Part shown: positions 41,798 to 52,054 of the stretch, one piece after another
Layout of the letters: each line of letters opens with the position of its first letter
Position numbering within the stretch: the stretch's first letter is position 1
IMG/VR virus record: IMGVR_UViG_3300046167_000798
From: a virus
Lineage: Duplodnaviria; Caudoviricetes
Direction: 5' to 3' (one strand)
DNA length: 64,000 nucleotides
Notes under the pieces: generated by a model
Databases searched by the model: none
Told to the model about the DNA's origin: nothing
The model's input: only the letters and a program-made list of their open reading frames with translations
Made by a program: the position numbers and the translations under genes

Positions 41798-42371
41798 TTG
41801 GTTTATCTCTTTTAGATAATATTGGATTATCTGTTGGCCAATCTATGTTAAATCTTTTATCGTTCCAAAATACTGTACCTTGTTTATCATCATCGTAGTA
41901 TTCACCTTGATATGCAAGTTTGTATTGGAAAATGGAATTATCTTCCATTACATAGTGTCCATTTGCGAACATCGGTGGAATTAAAACTTGAGTACCTGTT
42001 TCAGGACCAATTATAAAAGATTCCCACTTACCATAGTTTGGTTGTTTTGGTCTTAAATCCAAAACCACAAGATATAACTTACCATGAGGACATGAAATTA
42101 GTTTCCATGTTTTATCATCCCAATGTAACCCTCTTAAGACATTTTGTTTTGATTTTGAATATCTATCGTGATTAAACTTCAACCCTTCGTTTCTTTCACC
42201 AGCTGGTAATAATCTATCGTAGAAATCAGAATGATATGTTGTAGTAATCATTCCTCTATATTCGTGATATATAGATGGTTGTATAATCTTTACTTGAGGC
42301 AAAACAGAACCATTGTAAAAGTGAAAATCATCCCAACTTCTTTCTTTGTAAAATATACTTCTATTTTTCAT
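41790..42371 (-). CDS. rmlC: NDP-4-keto-6-deoxysugar 3,5-epimerase (RmlC family)
   Basis: SKSKQNVLRGLH, VVLDLR, LIPPMFANGH, WND..FNIDWP...ILSKRD. Confidence 0.9.
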   Translation of the reverse strand: MKNRSIFYKERSWDDFHFYNGSVLPQVKIIQPSIYHEYRGMITTTYHSDFYDRLLPAGERNEGLKFNHDRYSKSKQNVLRGLHWDDKTWKLISCPHGKLYLVVLDLRPKQPNYGKWESFIIGPETGTQVLIPPMFANGHYVMEDNSIFQYKLAYQGEYYDDDKQGTVFWNDKRFNIDWPTDNPILSKRDKPNG

Positions 42372-43120
42372 TATAACAATTCTTTATTAATTATACTTAC
42401 TCCTTTTTGCTGAACAACTTGAGTTGAACATTTATTTGCAAATTCAAGAGATTCTTCAATTGAACGAGTCTGTATATATTTAAATATAAGACCTGCCAAA
42501 AAACTATCTCCAGCTCCAGCAACATCCTTTACACCAACATCTTTGGTTGGATAATTTTTTCCATTCCAATCACATCCATTTGGGCCTCGTGTAATAATTG
42601 TTTTTTCTTTTAATAATACATTACTATCTATCTGAGTTTTGCTTCTTAGATATTCATTATAATTTATCTTTATATAAGATATGTACTTACACCAACTTCC
42701 AAGTTTTTTCTTTGTATCTAAAAAAGTTGGACAATTACATTTTGATGATATTTCTTCTATATCGGATTTTGATAAGAATCCTTTATCATAATCTGCAAAT
42801 ACAACCAAATCAAATTCATCTGTATTTGGCAGTTCTGTTAAATTAAGATTAGAAACTTTATCATTTTCATCTATTCGTAATAAAATGTAATTATAAGAAT
42901 CATCAACATATCTTATTTTTGTAACTTCTTCAGTATTACAAACCAAATGAGTATCAACTCCAAGTGCTTTTAGATTCAATTGAACATTTTCAGCCATTCC
43001 TTTAGAATAAGTTTCTCTCAATGGTTTAATGACAGGTACTGGTGCCTCTGGTGATAATCTTAAAACATCACCATAAATAAAAACATCATCACAACTCTCT
43101 CCTATTACTAATACTTTCAT
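42371..43120 (-). CDS. PfkB-family sugar-phosphate kinase, HldE/RfaE kinase domain
   Basis: RLSPEAPVPV, DYDKG, DVAGAGDSFLAG. Confidence 0.85.
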   Translation of the reverse strand: MKVLVIGESCDDVFIYGDVLRLSPEAPVPVIKPLRETYSKGMAENVQLNLKALGVDTHLVCNTEEVTKIRYVDDSYNYILLRIDENDKVSNLNLTELPNTDEFDLVVFADYDKGFLSKSDIEEISSKCNCPTFLDTKKKLGSWCKYISYIKINYNEYLRSKTQIDSNVLLKEKTIITRGPNGCDWNGKNYPTKDVGVKDVAGAGDSFLAGLIFKYIQTRSIEESLEFANKCSTQVVQQKGVSIINKELL

Positions 43121-43122
43121 AT

Positions 43123-43984
43123 CTATCCTTTTATATATTTTACAAATGATGAAAAAAGATTTTCTAACTGATTATTTTCAAATTTATAATCTTTCATTCC
43201 ATCACTTCTAAATTGTTTTTTATATTCTATCTCTAATATGTTTTCTCTATCTGTTAATCCAATGTGAGATAAATCTATAATAGATAGTTTGTTATTTAAA
43301 TATTCAAAAGTATTTATAAACTTATCTATATCTAACTTCGGGTCTCCATTTTCATTAACATATGCATCATAGTACTTAATTTCATTTGGTCTTATATGAT
43401 GTGATTGAAATCCTTTCCAATATTTTTCCTCAAACATAGATAATAAATATAAAATCATTCCTTTATGTGGACCTGATTCGTTAAAGAATTCTGTGTTTGG
43501 TAAATTATCTGCAAACTTTTTTATCATCTCATGGCTACCAAAAAAAAGCATGGTCTGGAATATGTTGTAAGGGCTCACCATTATTGCTTAATTGACCTAA
43601 TGGATATATCTGATTGGGTACATTATTTAGTAATTTTTCTAAATCTTTTATATAAAATGTACTATCAACTCTTCCTATGAAAATACAATCATATACATCA
43701 TCACACTCATTCAAGTACTTAGATAAAAACCTAAAAGAATAATGAAGAACATGATTATCTGTATTTGAAAAATCTTTCCTATCGTATAAAAAAACCTTTG
43801 GATTGTTTAATGTATTAAAGTCTTCTTCTGTAACAGATTCAAAGTTTGATGAACCTAAATATTCACTTGTTGTATTTGGAGTGTGAATTACAATATCTAA
43901 GTTTGGGATATCTAATATGTTCCAAAACTTTCTTGCAGTTTCAAAGGTTCTCTTTTCCCCATATAAAAAATATAAACATTTCAT
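43123..43984 (-). CDS. Hypothetical glycan-locus protein, possibly glycosyltransferase-like (~286 aa, one frameshift)
   Basis: Removing one base from the A8 run at 43540-43547 joins the two track ORFs (IPDHAFFGSHEMI); start MKCLY overlaps the upstream stop. Confidence 0.5.
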
Positions 43985-44388
43985 TACCAACTAATTTCCC
44001 AATCCTTAAATTCTGCTGCAATACAATCTACCTTATAATCTTTTCTACCACCATCAACTTCTTGTATTTTATTTTTTGCTGTATTTCTGATTCCATTTAA
44101 TCCATGTGTTAACAACAAGTTATTTCCTACATCTTCACCATTTCTTGCATTATCTTCATTTACCCAAATATGAGTATTCATCTGAGCCAATACAATTATT
44201 GCTCTGATAAAATCACCATCAATTTTTAATTGTTTTGTGGTAGTTAAGATTTCTGTAATATCATGTACGATTTCTTCAATCTCTTTTTGATATTCTTTTT
44301 TGTGTTGTGGTATTTTAACTTCTTTAAGTTGAACAATTGTCAACCTATCAATTAGTTCTCCTAATGTTGGTAAATATTTTCTAGCCAT
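43984..44388 (-). CDS. Helical protein with TLGELIDRLTI motif (DUF6165-like)
   Basis: Motif recognition only. Confidence 0.45.
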   Translation of the reverse strand: MARKYLPTLGELIDRLTIVQLKEVKIPQHKKEYQKEIEEIVHDITEILTTTKQLKIDGDFIRAIIVLAQMNTHIWVNEDNARNGEDVGNNLLLTHGLNGIRNTAKNKIQEVDGGRKDYKVDCIAAEFKDWEISW

Positions 44389-45335
44389 TTATATAACTTT
44401 TTAATTCCTGTTTCTAATTTTTCTGTTGGCTCCCACTCTAATAATTTTTTTATTAATTTATTATCAGAGTTTCTTCCTCTTACTCCAAGAGGCCCATCTA
44501 TATTTTTTATCTTTATATTCTTATTACTAATTCTAATAATCATTTTAGTAAAATCATTTATGGATATCATTTCTTCAGAACCAACATTAATTGGAGTAGT
44601 TACTTCTGATTTCATTAATCTTCGTAATCCTTCAACACACTCATCTACATATAAGAATGAACGAGTTTGTTTTCCATCTCCCCAAACTTCAATAGTATCT
44701 CCTTCATTTGATTTTACAACTTTTCTACAAATAGCAGCAGGTGCTTTTTCTTTTCCTCCATCATAAGTTCCCATAGGGCCGAATATATTATGTAATCTTG
44801 CAATTTTTGTATCTATTCCATAATTTTTTCTAAATGATAAATACAATCTTTCTGAGTATAACTTTTCCCAACCATATTCCGAATCAGGATTTGCTGGATA
44901 TGCTGAACTTTCTTCACAATTAGGATTATCAGGGTCTAATTGATTGTGTTCTGGATATACACAAGCTGATGAGGTATAAAGAACTTTATCAATACCAAAC
45001 TCTGAACATACCTTTAATACATTTAAGTTAATTATAGATGAGTTGTGCATTATATCAGCATCATTTTCACCTGTAAATATGTATCCTGCTCCACCCATAT
45101 CTGCCGCGAGTTGGTAAACTTCATCAACTCCATTACCATCTATAATCAAAGAAGATTTTACAAGATTTAGATTTCTTAAATCACCTACAATAAAATCATC
45201 ACATATATCTTCGTGATTAAAATATTCATGTGATTTTATATCAACACATCTTACATAATATCCTTCTGATTTTAATCTTTTGGCTAAGTGTCCTCCAATG
45301 AATCCACCACCACCAAGTACTACTGCTGTTTTCAT
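44361..45335 (-). CDS. GDP-mannose 3,5-epimerase-like NAD-dependent epimerase
   Basis: GGGGFIG, QLAADMGGAGYI, SSACVYP, PDSEYGWEK, WGDGKQTRSF. Confidence 0.85.
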   Translation of the reverse strand: MKTAVVLGGGGFIGGHLAKRLKSEGYYVRCVDIKSHEYFNHEDICDDFIVGDLRNLNLVKSSLIIDGNGVDEVYQLAADMGGAGYIFTGENDADIMHNSSIINLNVLKVCSEFGIDKVLYTSSACVYPEHNQLDPDNPNCEESSAYPANPDSEYGWEKLYSERLYLSFRKNYGIDTKIARLHNIFGPMGTYDGGKEKAPAAICRKVVKSNEGDTIEVWGDGKQTRSFLYVDECVEGLRRLMKSEVTTPINVGSEEMISINDFTKMIIRISNKNIKIKNIDGPLGVRGRNSDNKLIKKLLEWEPTEKLETGIKKLYKWLENIYQH

Positions 45336-46546
45336 ATTGCTAAACTTTTTATAAAATTTTTATCACTATCATCATTAATTATCTTTTTAATAACATTTCT
45401 ATTATATTCAAATCTTTGAAAATTATGTTTGAAAAAATCTTTAATTTCATTTTCTATTTTAGATAATCTGATTATTTCACTTTGTATCATTTTAAATCGT
45501 TTACTTGGATTTTCTTCCAAATCATATGAATGGTCAACTACATCATCGAACCAATCAAAATCAAACTTTTCTCTCATTCTTTTTATATGACCATGTGTTG
45601 CCAATATAATTGGTATCTGATAAAACCACAATGGTTGAGTAGATTTTTCCGTAATGTGTATTACATCCTTCCACTCATATTGAGTTTCAGTAACTATATT
45701 AATATAGGCATGTTTATATAAATTATTTTTATAAGTTAAATCATGTTGAGGTCCGTTTTTATCAAATTCAAAATTTTCAAATTTACTTTTTTTACTTGTA
45801 ATAGCATATAACCATTCAGCTTCTTTATCATATACTTCACTTTCTGTTTCATCAATGATTGGTGTATATGATGATTTAAAATAATCTATACAATCATTTT
45901 CTGTATTATAATAAGCTTTAAATTTATCTCCTTGTAAAAAACTATAATCTACTTTATCTAGTAAATTTTCTTTTTTTAGAAAAAGAATTAATGCAACTCT
46001 ATGTGATTTAAATGCTCTATTATAACATTGAAACAAACAATCTCTTTCTGTATCATATCCCCAACTCCCAGCTTCTTCAAATGTTCTTGCAATCCCAACT
46101 GGTATATGATTATTTGAATAAACATTTATATTACTATTTGCTTGTTGTTTTAAATTATCAATCAAATCATTTCCACAAAAAAGATAAAATTGTTTTTCAT
46201 CTATACCAATTGAATTTACATATTTTTTTATATCAATAATTGCATCTGGTGAATCACTTTCATGAAAAGTTACAAATAAAAACCTGATATCATATCCTTC
46301 TTTGTAAAGATTTATTATATCTAATGGTATTTCAAATTCTTTGTTTTCTAAATCCTGTGAAGGATATCCATATGTACGATAACATACATAATATGTTTTT
46401 TCTTTTTGAATATCATCTATATTACAAATAACATAATCATTTTTCATATCCCAATGACCAAATGTATCTAATATATTATCCTCAATATCCTCGTGCTGTT
46501 TTCTCAAAGAATCAGATAATAATATGTTAATTTTATTTGTACTCAT
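45332..46546 (-). CDS. GT10-like putative glycosyltransferase, paralog 4
   Basis: CYNRAFKSHR, NIVTET, TEKSTQP, FDDVVDHSYD. Confidence 0.5.
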   Translation of the reverse strand: MSTNKINILLSDSLRKQHEDIEDNILDTFGHWDMKNDYVICNIDDIQKEKTYYVCYRTYGYPSQDLENKEFEIPLDIINLYKEGYDIRFLFVTFHESDSPDAIIDIKKYVNSIGIDEKQFYLFCGNDLIDNLKQQANSNINVYSNNHIPVGIARTFEEAGSWGYDTERDCLFQCYNRAFKSHRVALILFLKKENLLDKVDYSFLQGDKFKAYYNTENDCIDYFKSSYTPIIDETESEVYDKEAEWLYAITSKKSKFENFEFDKNGPQHDLTYKNNLYKHAYINIVTETQYEWKDVIHITEKSTQPLWFYQIPIILATHGHIKRMREKFDFDWFDDVVDHSYDLEENPSKRFKMIQSEIIRLSKIENEIKDFFKHNFQRFEYNRNVIKKIINDDSDKNFIKSLAI

Positions 46547-46561
46547 GTTGTATATATATAT

Positions 46562-47770
46562 TTAAAAATTAATAATACTATTAGAAATATGAACATCTGT
46601 TTGTTTTGTAAATTCTAATATACTATTTTTATTATTTAAAAATCTATCTTTATTGTTTTTATAAAAATGTATTATTTCATTTTCCAATCTACTTAATCGT
46701 AAGCACTCTTCAATAATCATTTTTAGTCTTTTTGTATTATCTAATTCTTTATCATAATCATGATTAATAAAATCATCAAATAAATCTAAATTATAATCAT
46801 CTCTTAAAGTTTTAACATGATTGGGAGATGCAACAAATATAGGTAATATTGGTAAACAAAATGGTTTTAAAGATTTTTCTGTTATATGGATACCATCAAA
46901 CCAATATACTGATTCAGTAATTATATTTATGTAAGAATTTCTATAATCTTTATGATTAACTTTTCCTGCAAAATCATAACCTGTTTCAAATAAATTTTCA
47001 ACATCTTTAAAATCTGAACTGTGTGATTCGTAATCAGTTAATTTCGGTTTTTTCATTTTATTAACATGATTTTTTTTGTAAAAAGAAAATGACTTATTAA
47101 TGTTATTAAAATCACTTTCTCTAAACTCATCCCAGTCTGTTTTAGGTGGTGTTAGAAAAGAATAATTTGTATTATCTAAAAGTCCATACATATCTAATAA
47201 ACAAATTGTAAAAAATCTATGTTCTTTACCTTCTTTATTTACACATAAAAACATCTTATCTCTTTTTTCTTCATTCCAAACCAAATCAAAATACTTAAAT
47301 TTTTCTAATAATGTTTTTGCAGTATTCTTCCATAAAAAATTTGTTTTAAATGTTTTAACATTTGTTTTAGAGTTTAAATTTTTTAAATTGGAATCATTAT
47401 TAATTAAAATAATTTTTTCTTGATGATTATCAAATAAATTAAGTAATTTTTCTATTTGTTTATATGGTTGTGTTTCATGCATATCCATAAAAACTAATCT
47501 AAAATTATCTTCTTTTAATAATTCTTTTATTTTTTTTAGAAATACACTATCAGTAGAATATACATCTATAATATGGTCAATTGAAAAGAATGATATAAAA
47601 TCAATATAATAAAATTTTTCATCTGGATTAAAGATAATATCATCTGATAATCTTAAATTTATATCAACACTATTATCTGAAAACCACATAAAGTGATTTA
47701 ATGTATTTTCAATTGTTGAAGACTCATAAATACTATGCCTTAACTCATATAAATCTTCTAATATATTCAT
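46562..47770 (-). CDS. GT10-like putative glycosyltransferase, paralog 5
   Basis: CVNKEGKEHR, NIITES, TEKSLKP, FDDFINHDYD. Confidence 0.5.
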   Translation of the reverse strand: MNILEDLYELRHSIYESSTIENTLNHFMWFSDNSVDINLRLSDDIIFNPDEKFYYIDFISFFSIDHIIDVYSTDSVFLKKIKELLKEDNFRLVFMDMHETQPYKQIEKLLNLFDNHQEKIILINNDSNLKNLNSKTNVKTFKTNFLWKNTAKTLLEKFKYFDLVWNEEKRDKMFLCVNKEGKEHRFFTICLLDMYGLLDNTNYSFLTPPKTDWDEFRESDFNNINKSFSFYKKNHVNKMKKPKLTDYESHSSDFKDVENLFETGYDFAGKVNHKDYRNSYINIITESVYWFDGIHITEKSLKPFCLPILPIFVASPNHVKTLRDDYNLDLFDDFINHDYDKELDNTKRLKMIIEECLRLSRLENEIIHFYKNNKDRFLNNKNSILEFTKQTDVHISNSIINF

Positions 47771-48777
47771 TATCTATTCAAAAATTTTCTTCCCTTTTTT
47801 ATTTCATTTCTCCAATAATCTAAAAGGTCATTCATAGTTTCTTCAAAAGTATATTTTGGTTTCCATCCTGTATGTTTTCTGAACTTTTCTGTATTTGGTA
47901 CTTGTAAATCAGCATCAATAGGTCTTAACCTATCTTCATCTACTTCAATTGTAATATCATCTCTTGTAGATTGTGAAATTAAGTAGTTTAACATATCTCC
48001 AATCTTACAAGTGTACTCACCACCAATATTATAGTACTCACCACTAATTGGATTTTTAGTTACCAATAAATAATAGGCTTCTACTGCATCTCTAACATCT
48101 GCATAAGTTCTAAGTGAATCTAAGTTACCAACATATATTGTAGGTTCTTGTAATCCAGCTTCTATCATTGCTATTTGTTTTGCAAAAGTTGATTCTGAGA
48201 ATACATCACCTCTTCTTGGACCTGTATGTGTAAACATTCGTGTTGTCATTATGGTTATACCAAATGCTTCTGCATAATATCTACCTAATAAATCTGTTCC
48301 TACTTTTGATATTGCATATGGAGATGCTGGATGTATTGAACACTCCTCATCTATTGGTAATTTATCTTTTGGTACTCTACCAAATATTTCAGATGAAGCA
48401 CAAACATGAACTACAACATCATCCTCACCATAATCTCTTATAGATTCCATTAAGTTTGCAGTACCTATAATATTTGTTTGTAAAGTTTCAAGTGGAGCTC
48501 TAAAAGATGTTTTTGGATAAGATTGAGCAGCTAAATGAAATACATAATTTGCTTCAGATTGTTCTACTGCTTGAATTACTGATGGTAAATCATTCAAATC
48601 TCCATTGATTAAAAACAATCTATCTTTCTTGTTAATTCTATCAAAGTGGTGTTCTAAGTTATCTAATCTATCGTTCCATCTAATAAATCCATAGATATCC
48701 CAAGTTGTATTCTCAATAAGGTAATCTACCAAGTGAGAACCAACCATTCCTGTTATTCCTGTTATTAATACATTCAT
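47770..48777 (-). CDS. gmd: GDP-mannose 4,6-dehydratase-like
   Basis: TGITGMVGSHL, HLAAQS, ASSE.FG, SPYAISK, F.HTGPRRG, GNLDSLR. Confidence 0.8.
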   Translation of the reverse strand: MNVLITGITGMVGSHLVDYLIENTTWDIYGFIRWNDRLDNLEHHFDRINKKDRLFLINGDLNDLPSVIQAVEQSEANYVFHLAAQSYPKTSFRAPLETLQTNIIGTANLMESIRDYGEDDVVVHVCASSEIFGRVPKDKLPIDEECSIHPASPYAISKVGTDLLGRYYAEAFGITIMTTRMFTHTGPRRGDVFSESTFAKQIAMIEAGLQEPTIYVGNLDSLRTYADVRDAVEAYYLLVTKNPISGEYYNIGGEYTCKIGDMLNYLISQSTRDDITIEVDEDRLRPIDADLQVPNTEKFRKHTGWKPKYTFEETMNDLLDYWRNEIKKGRKFLNR

Positions 48778-49730
48778 TTGTTTTGTTTAAACCATTCAAT
48801 TGTTTCTCTAATACCTTCTTCAAATGAATAACTTGGTTTAAATCCAAGATTATTTATTTTTTCGGTACTAACCATCCTAAAAGGTATAGTTGTAGGTTTA
48901 GAATTATCCCAAACAATCTTTGGGGAAAGGCCTGATACCTTTTGAATCGTATTTACTATATCTCCTACTGTAATTGGAGCTCCATATCCAACATTATACG
49001 GCTCCATTGGGTTACCATGTTCAATAATTGTTAATGCACCCTTAATCACATCCTTAACATACAAGAAATCTCTTACAACATCAGGTGAACCCCAAGCAGT
49101 GAATGGATTTTCACCTCCTAACATACGATTTATGATTGCAGGTATCACATGACAAGTTTTTACGTTAAAATTATCATTAGGTCCAAAGATTGCCGAACCT
49201 CTACCTAAGAATATCTTTAAATCAGAGAAGTTTGAAGTATGTTCCATCAATTTTTCTCTGTATCTTCTCATCCAACCATAACCAAAGTACGCAATGTAAG
49301 GTTCTTCTTCCCAAAATTCATCCTCCTTCACAGGATATCGTCTATCTGGATAACCAGTTGATGAGTTTAGGTCAAAAAACGAATCTACTTCGTTTCTAGC
49401 ACACGCATCAAGTACATTTCCAAGTAAAGTGATGTTTCCAAGTGAACCTTGTATATCGGTTCGTACTGAACCAGGATGTAAAACATGACCTGCACAATGA
49501 ATAACTAAATCTGCACCATTTGTGAGTTTGATTGCATCATCAAGGTTGTTTAAATCGATGTTTTCTAGTATTGTTATATCTTTTTGTATCTCTTCACTAA
49601 CTTGTAGTGGTGAATTGTAGGTGTGAGTAGTAATATTCGCACCTAACTTGTTTAATTCTGTGATGAAGTGTGTTGCAAGGAAACCTGCACCTCCTGTAAC
49701 TACAACTTCTTTGTTATTAAAGTAACTCAT
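48774..49730 (-). CDS. GDP-L-fucose synthase-like epimerase/reductase
   Basis: TGGAGF, YGW, FGPNDNF, HVIPA, WGSPDVVRDFLY. Confidence 0.78.
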   Translation of the reverse strand: MSYFNNKEVVVTGGAGFLATHFITELNKLGANITTHTYNSPLQVSEEIQKDITILENIDLNNLDDAIKLTNGADLVIHCAGHVLHPGSVRTDIQGSLGNITLLGNVLDACARNEVDSFFDLNSSTGYPDRRYPVKEDEFWEEEPYIAYFGYGWMRRYREKLMEHTSNFSDLKIFLGRGSAIFGPNDNFNVKTCHVIPAIINRMLGGENPFTAWGSPDVVRDFLYVKDVIKGALTIIEHGNPMEPYNVGYGAPITVGDIVNTIQKVSGLSPKIVWDNSKPTTIPFRMVSTEKINNLGFKPSYSFEEGIRETIEWFKQNK

Positions 49731-50448
49731 TTAGTATTTTTTTTAATTTATTTGGTTCTACTTTTGGTTGATGTAATCCTAATGGATTTTCATAGTAAAT
49801 ATCTTCAACCGAAAACTTTTTTGCAACATCATAAGGTGCAATATCTTCATCTTTAAGGTATTTACAAAAATATATATCTTCCATAGTGATTTCATCATCA
49901 TTATATTTATCTGTAATCTCTATCATTCTTGATTTCTTACGAAATGATAATCCACCATTACCAACAATCTTTCCTTCTCGATATCTAATCCATGGTGCAC
50001 CTATATAATTGTATGAAGTAAACTCATCTATACCAAATCTTGTTAAGATTGTATCTGTTTGAAAGATTAAAATGTTTTCTGTTGGTAGTTTTTTCCAAAA
50101 CTCAGTACTTTTAAACATATCGTTATACAAAATACCATTTAAATCATCAACTTCTAAGTTTTCTATCTGAACATTGTTCCAATTTTGTGTAAAATCCTTA
50201 ACAAGTTGTTCATTTTTGTTTCCATGGTATATTTTCAATCCCCATTTTATATCAGAACTACTTTCATTTAGATAAAACATTACATTTTTACAAATAATTT
50301 CTAAATCTTTGTGATTTCTTGGTTCAACAATAACAGCATAATAATCACTATCATCAAAAATTATTGGAACATAGTTTTTTAATTTTTTCTTATATTTTAA
50401 AAGAAAATTATTCCATATCTCAATATGTTCTTTTGTTTGTTTTGGCAT
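49717..50448 (-). CDS. Putative glycosyltransferase (DUF5672-like)
   Basis: VEPR, IFQTD, YIGAPW, VGNGGLSFR, EDIYF, FSVE pattern. Confidence 0.55.
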   Translation of the reverse strand: MPKQTKEHIEIWNNFLLKYKKKLKNYVPIIFDDSDYYAVIVEPRNHKDLEIICKNVMFYLNESSSDIKWGLKIYHGNKNEQLVKDFTQNWNNVQIENLEVDDLNGILYNDMFKSTEFWKKLPTENILIFQTDTILTRFGIDEFTSYNYIGAPWIRYREGKIVGNGGLSFRKKSRMIEITDKYNDDEITMEDIYFCKYLKDEDIAPYDVAKKFSVEDIYYENPLGLHQPKVEPNKLKKILNELL

Positions 50449-51446
50449 TATTTTTTATTTTTCCAATAAGAATACATTCCTTTATCTAATTCATATTCAG
50501 ACCAAACAAATCTTTCTCTCATTGGTTGTTCTTTGGCCCATTCCCACATTTGTTTTAATCCATCTTTCATAGAAGTTTTATGTTCAAATCCTAATAAGTA
50601 AATTGATTTTTCAAATGTTGGTATTGAGTGTTTGACCTCATGTCTTGCTTCCAAATAACTTCGTTTTCCATTTCCTATAACTTGTAATAGTAACGAAGAT
50701 GCTTCATTTATGGATATCTCTTCTACTCCACCCAAATTAATAACTTCTTGACTTGCTTCTGGTCTTATAGCAGAATTCCAAAGGGGTTCTAATATATCAT
50801 CAATATAACTAAATGCTCTTGTTTGTTCACCATCTCCAAAAATTGTTATATCTTCGCCTTTTAAATACTGATACATCCATATTCCCAATACGTTTCTGTA
50901 CTTATCCCATATGTTTTGTTTAATACCATATACATTATGTGGTCTGATTATACAATAATCTAACCCATGTTGTTCGTTTGCTATTTTAATATCCATTTCA
51001 CAAGCATATTTTGCAACTCCATATGGGTCTATTGGTGATTGTTGTTGTTCTTCATCAAAAATACCACCTTCACCATGTCCATATACTGCAAGACTTGAAG
51101 TAAATACTAACCTTTTTACATTATGTTTTATACATTCATTAACAATCTTAGCAGTTGATTTTAAATTGTTATCATAATTGTAACAACGAATGAAAGGAGA
51201 TAATCCTTCAGCAGCATAAGCAGCAAAATGGAAAACATAATCTATTTTATTTGATTCAAAAATATTTTCTATTGGATGTTCTGTTAAATTCATTTGCCAG
51301 AACTTAACTTTTGGATTTATATTTTCTTCATACCCACCACTTAAATCATCTACTCCAATTACCTCAACTTCTGGTTTGTTTTCTATAATCCAATCTGCCA
51401 ATCTACTTCCAAGTAAACCTGCAACTCCTGTAATTAGTATTTTCAT
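50448..51446 (-). CDS. NAD-dependent NDP-sugar epimerase/dehydratase
   Basis: TGVAGLLG, HFAAYA, FTSSLAVYG, PYGVAK, RPHNVYG, FGDGEQTRAF. Confidence 0.88.
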   Translation of the reverse strand: MKILITGVAGLLGSRLADWIIENKPEVEVIGVDDLSGGYEENINPKVKFWQMNLTEHPIENIFESNKIDYVFHFAAYAAEGLSPFIRCYNYDNNLKSTAKIVNECIKHNVKRLVFTSSLAVYGHGEGGIFDEEQQQSPIDPYGVAKYACEMDIKIANEQHGLDYCIIRPHNVYGIKQNIWDKYRNVLGIWMYQYLKGEDITIFGDGEQTRAFSYIDDILEPLWNSAIRPEASQEVINLGGVEEISINEASSLLLQVIGNGKRSYLEARHEVKHSIPTFEKSIYLLGFEHKTSMKDGLKQMWEWAKEQPMRERFVWSEYELDKGMYSYWKNKK

Positions 51447-52054
51447 ATCAAATCTTTTATTTCTTTATATATGTATTCTCCTATTAGTTTATAACCTTCT
51501 AAGTTTGGATGATAATCTCCTTCGTAGTAATTCTCTTCATCATTCCAAACCATTTTACTTCCATATTCCCAAACTGATTTTTTATTTACCATTTCTTCTA
51601 CTTGAAGCTGATAAGATAACGTTCCTTTTGGATTTATATAATATTTTGGAAAATTAAAATTATCATTTTCTATAAATGGATAAAATCCATTAAAGTAAAA
51701 CTTTTTATAACCATAAAGAAGTGTTTCAAATTTTTTAAATAACTCCTCAGGTGTGTATTTGTTGTACTTTTGATATCTATGAGGATATGAAAATACAATA
51801 ACGATTACATCTTCTTTATTTATAAACTTAAGATTCTCTTCTACCGCTTTATAAATGTATTCATTTCCAAATCCACAAACCCCAAGGTTAATATACGAAA
51901 TATTTAGCAAATTTCCAAGCCATTTTGGAAAAGAATTTTGTTCTCTTAGTTTTTCTATGAATTTTGGTGGTGTTGGATTCTCTTTATATTCAATTTCTGT
52001 TTCAACTCCATGCCCTGCCGTCCAACTATCTCCAAATGTAATTAATCTAATCAT
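51443..52054 (-). CDS. SGNH/GDSL-like protein, second paralog
   Basis: TFGDSWTAG, NLG..G.GN, DYHPN. Confidence 0.65.
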   Translation of the reverse strand: MIRLITFGDSWTAGHGVETEIEYKENPTPPKFIEKLREQNSFPKWLGNLLNISYINLGVCGFGNEYIYKAVEENLKFINKEDVIVIVFSYPHRYQKYNKYTPEELFKKFETLLYGYKKFYFNGFYPFIENDNFNFPKYYINPKGTLSYQLQVEEMVNKKSVWEYGSKMVWNDEENYYEGDYHPNLEGYKLIGEYIYKEIKDLI

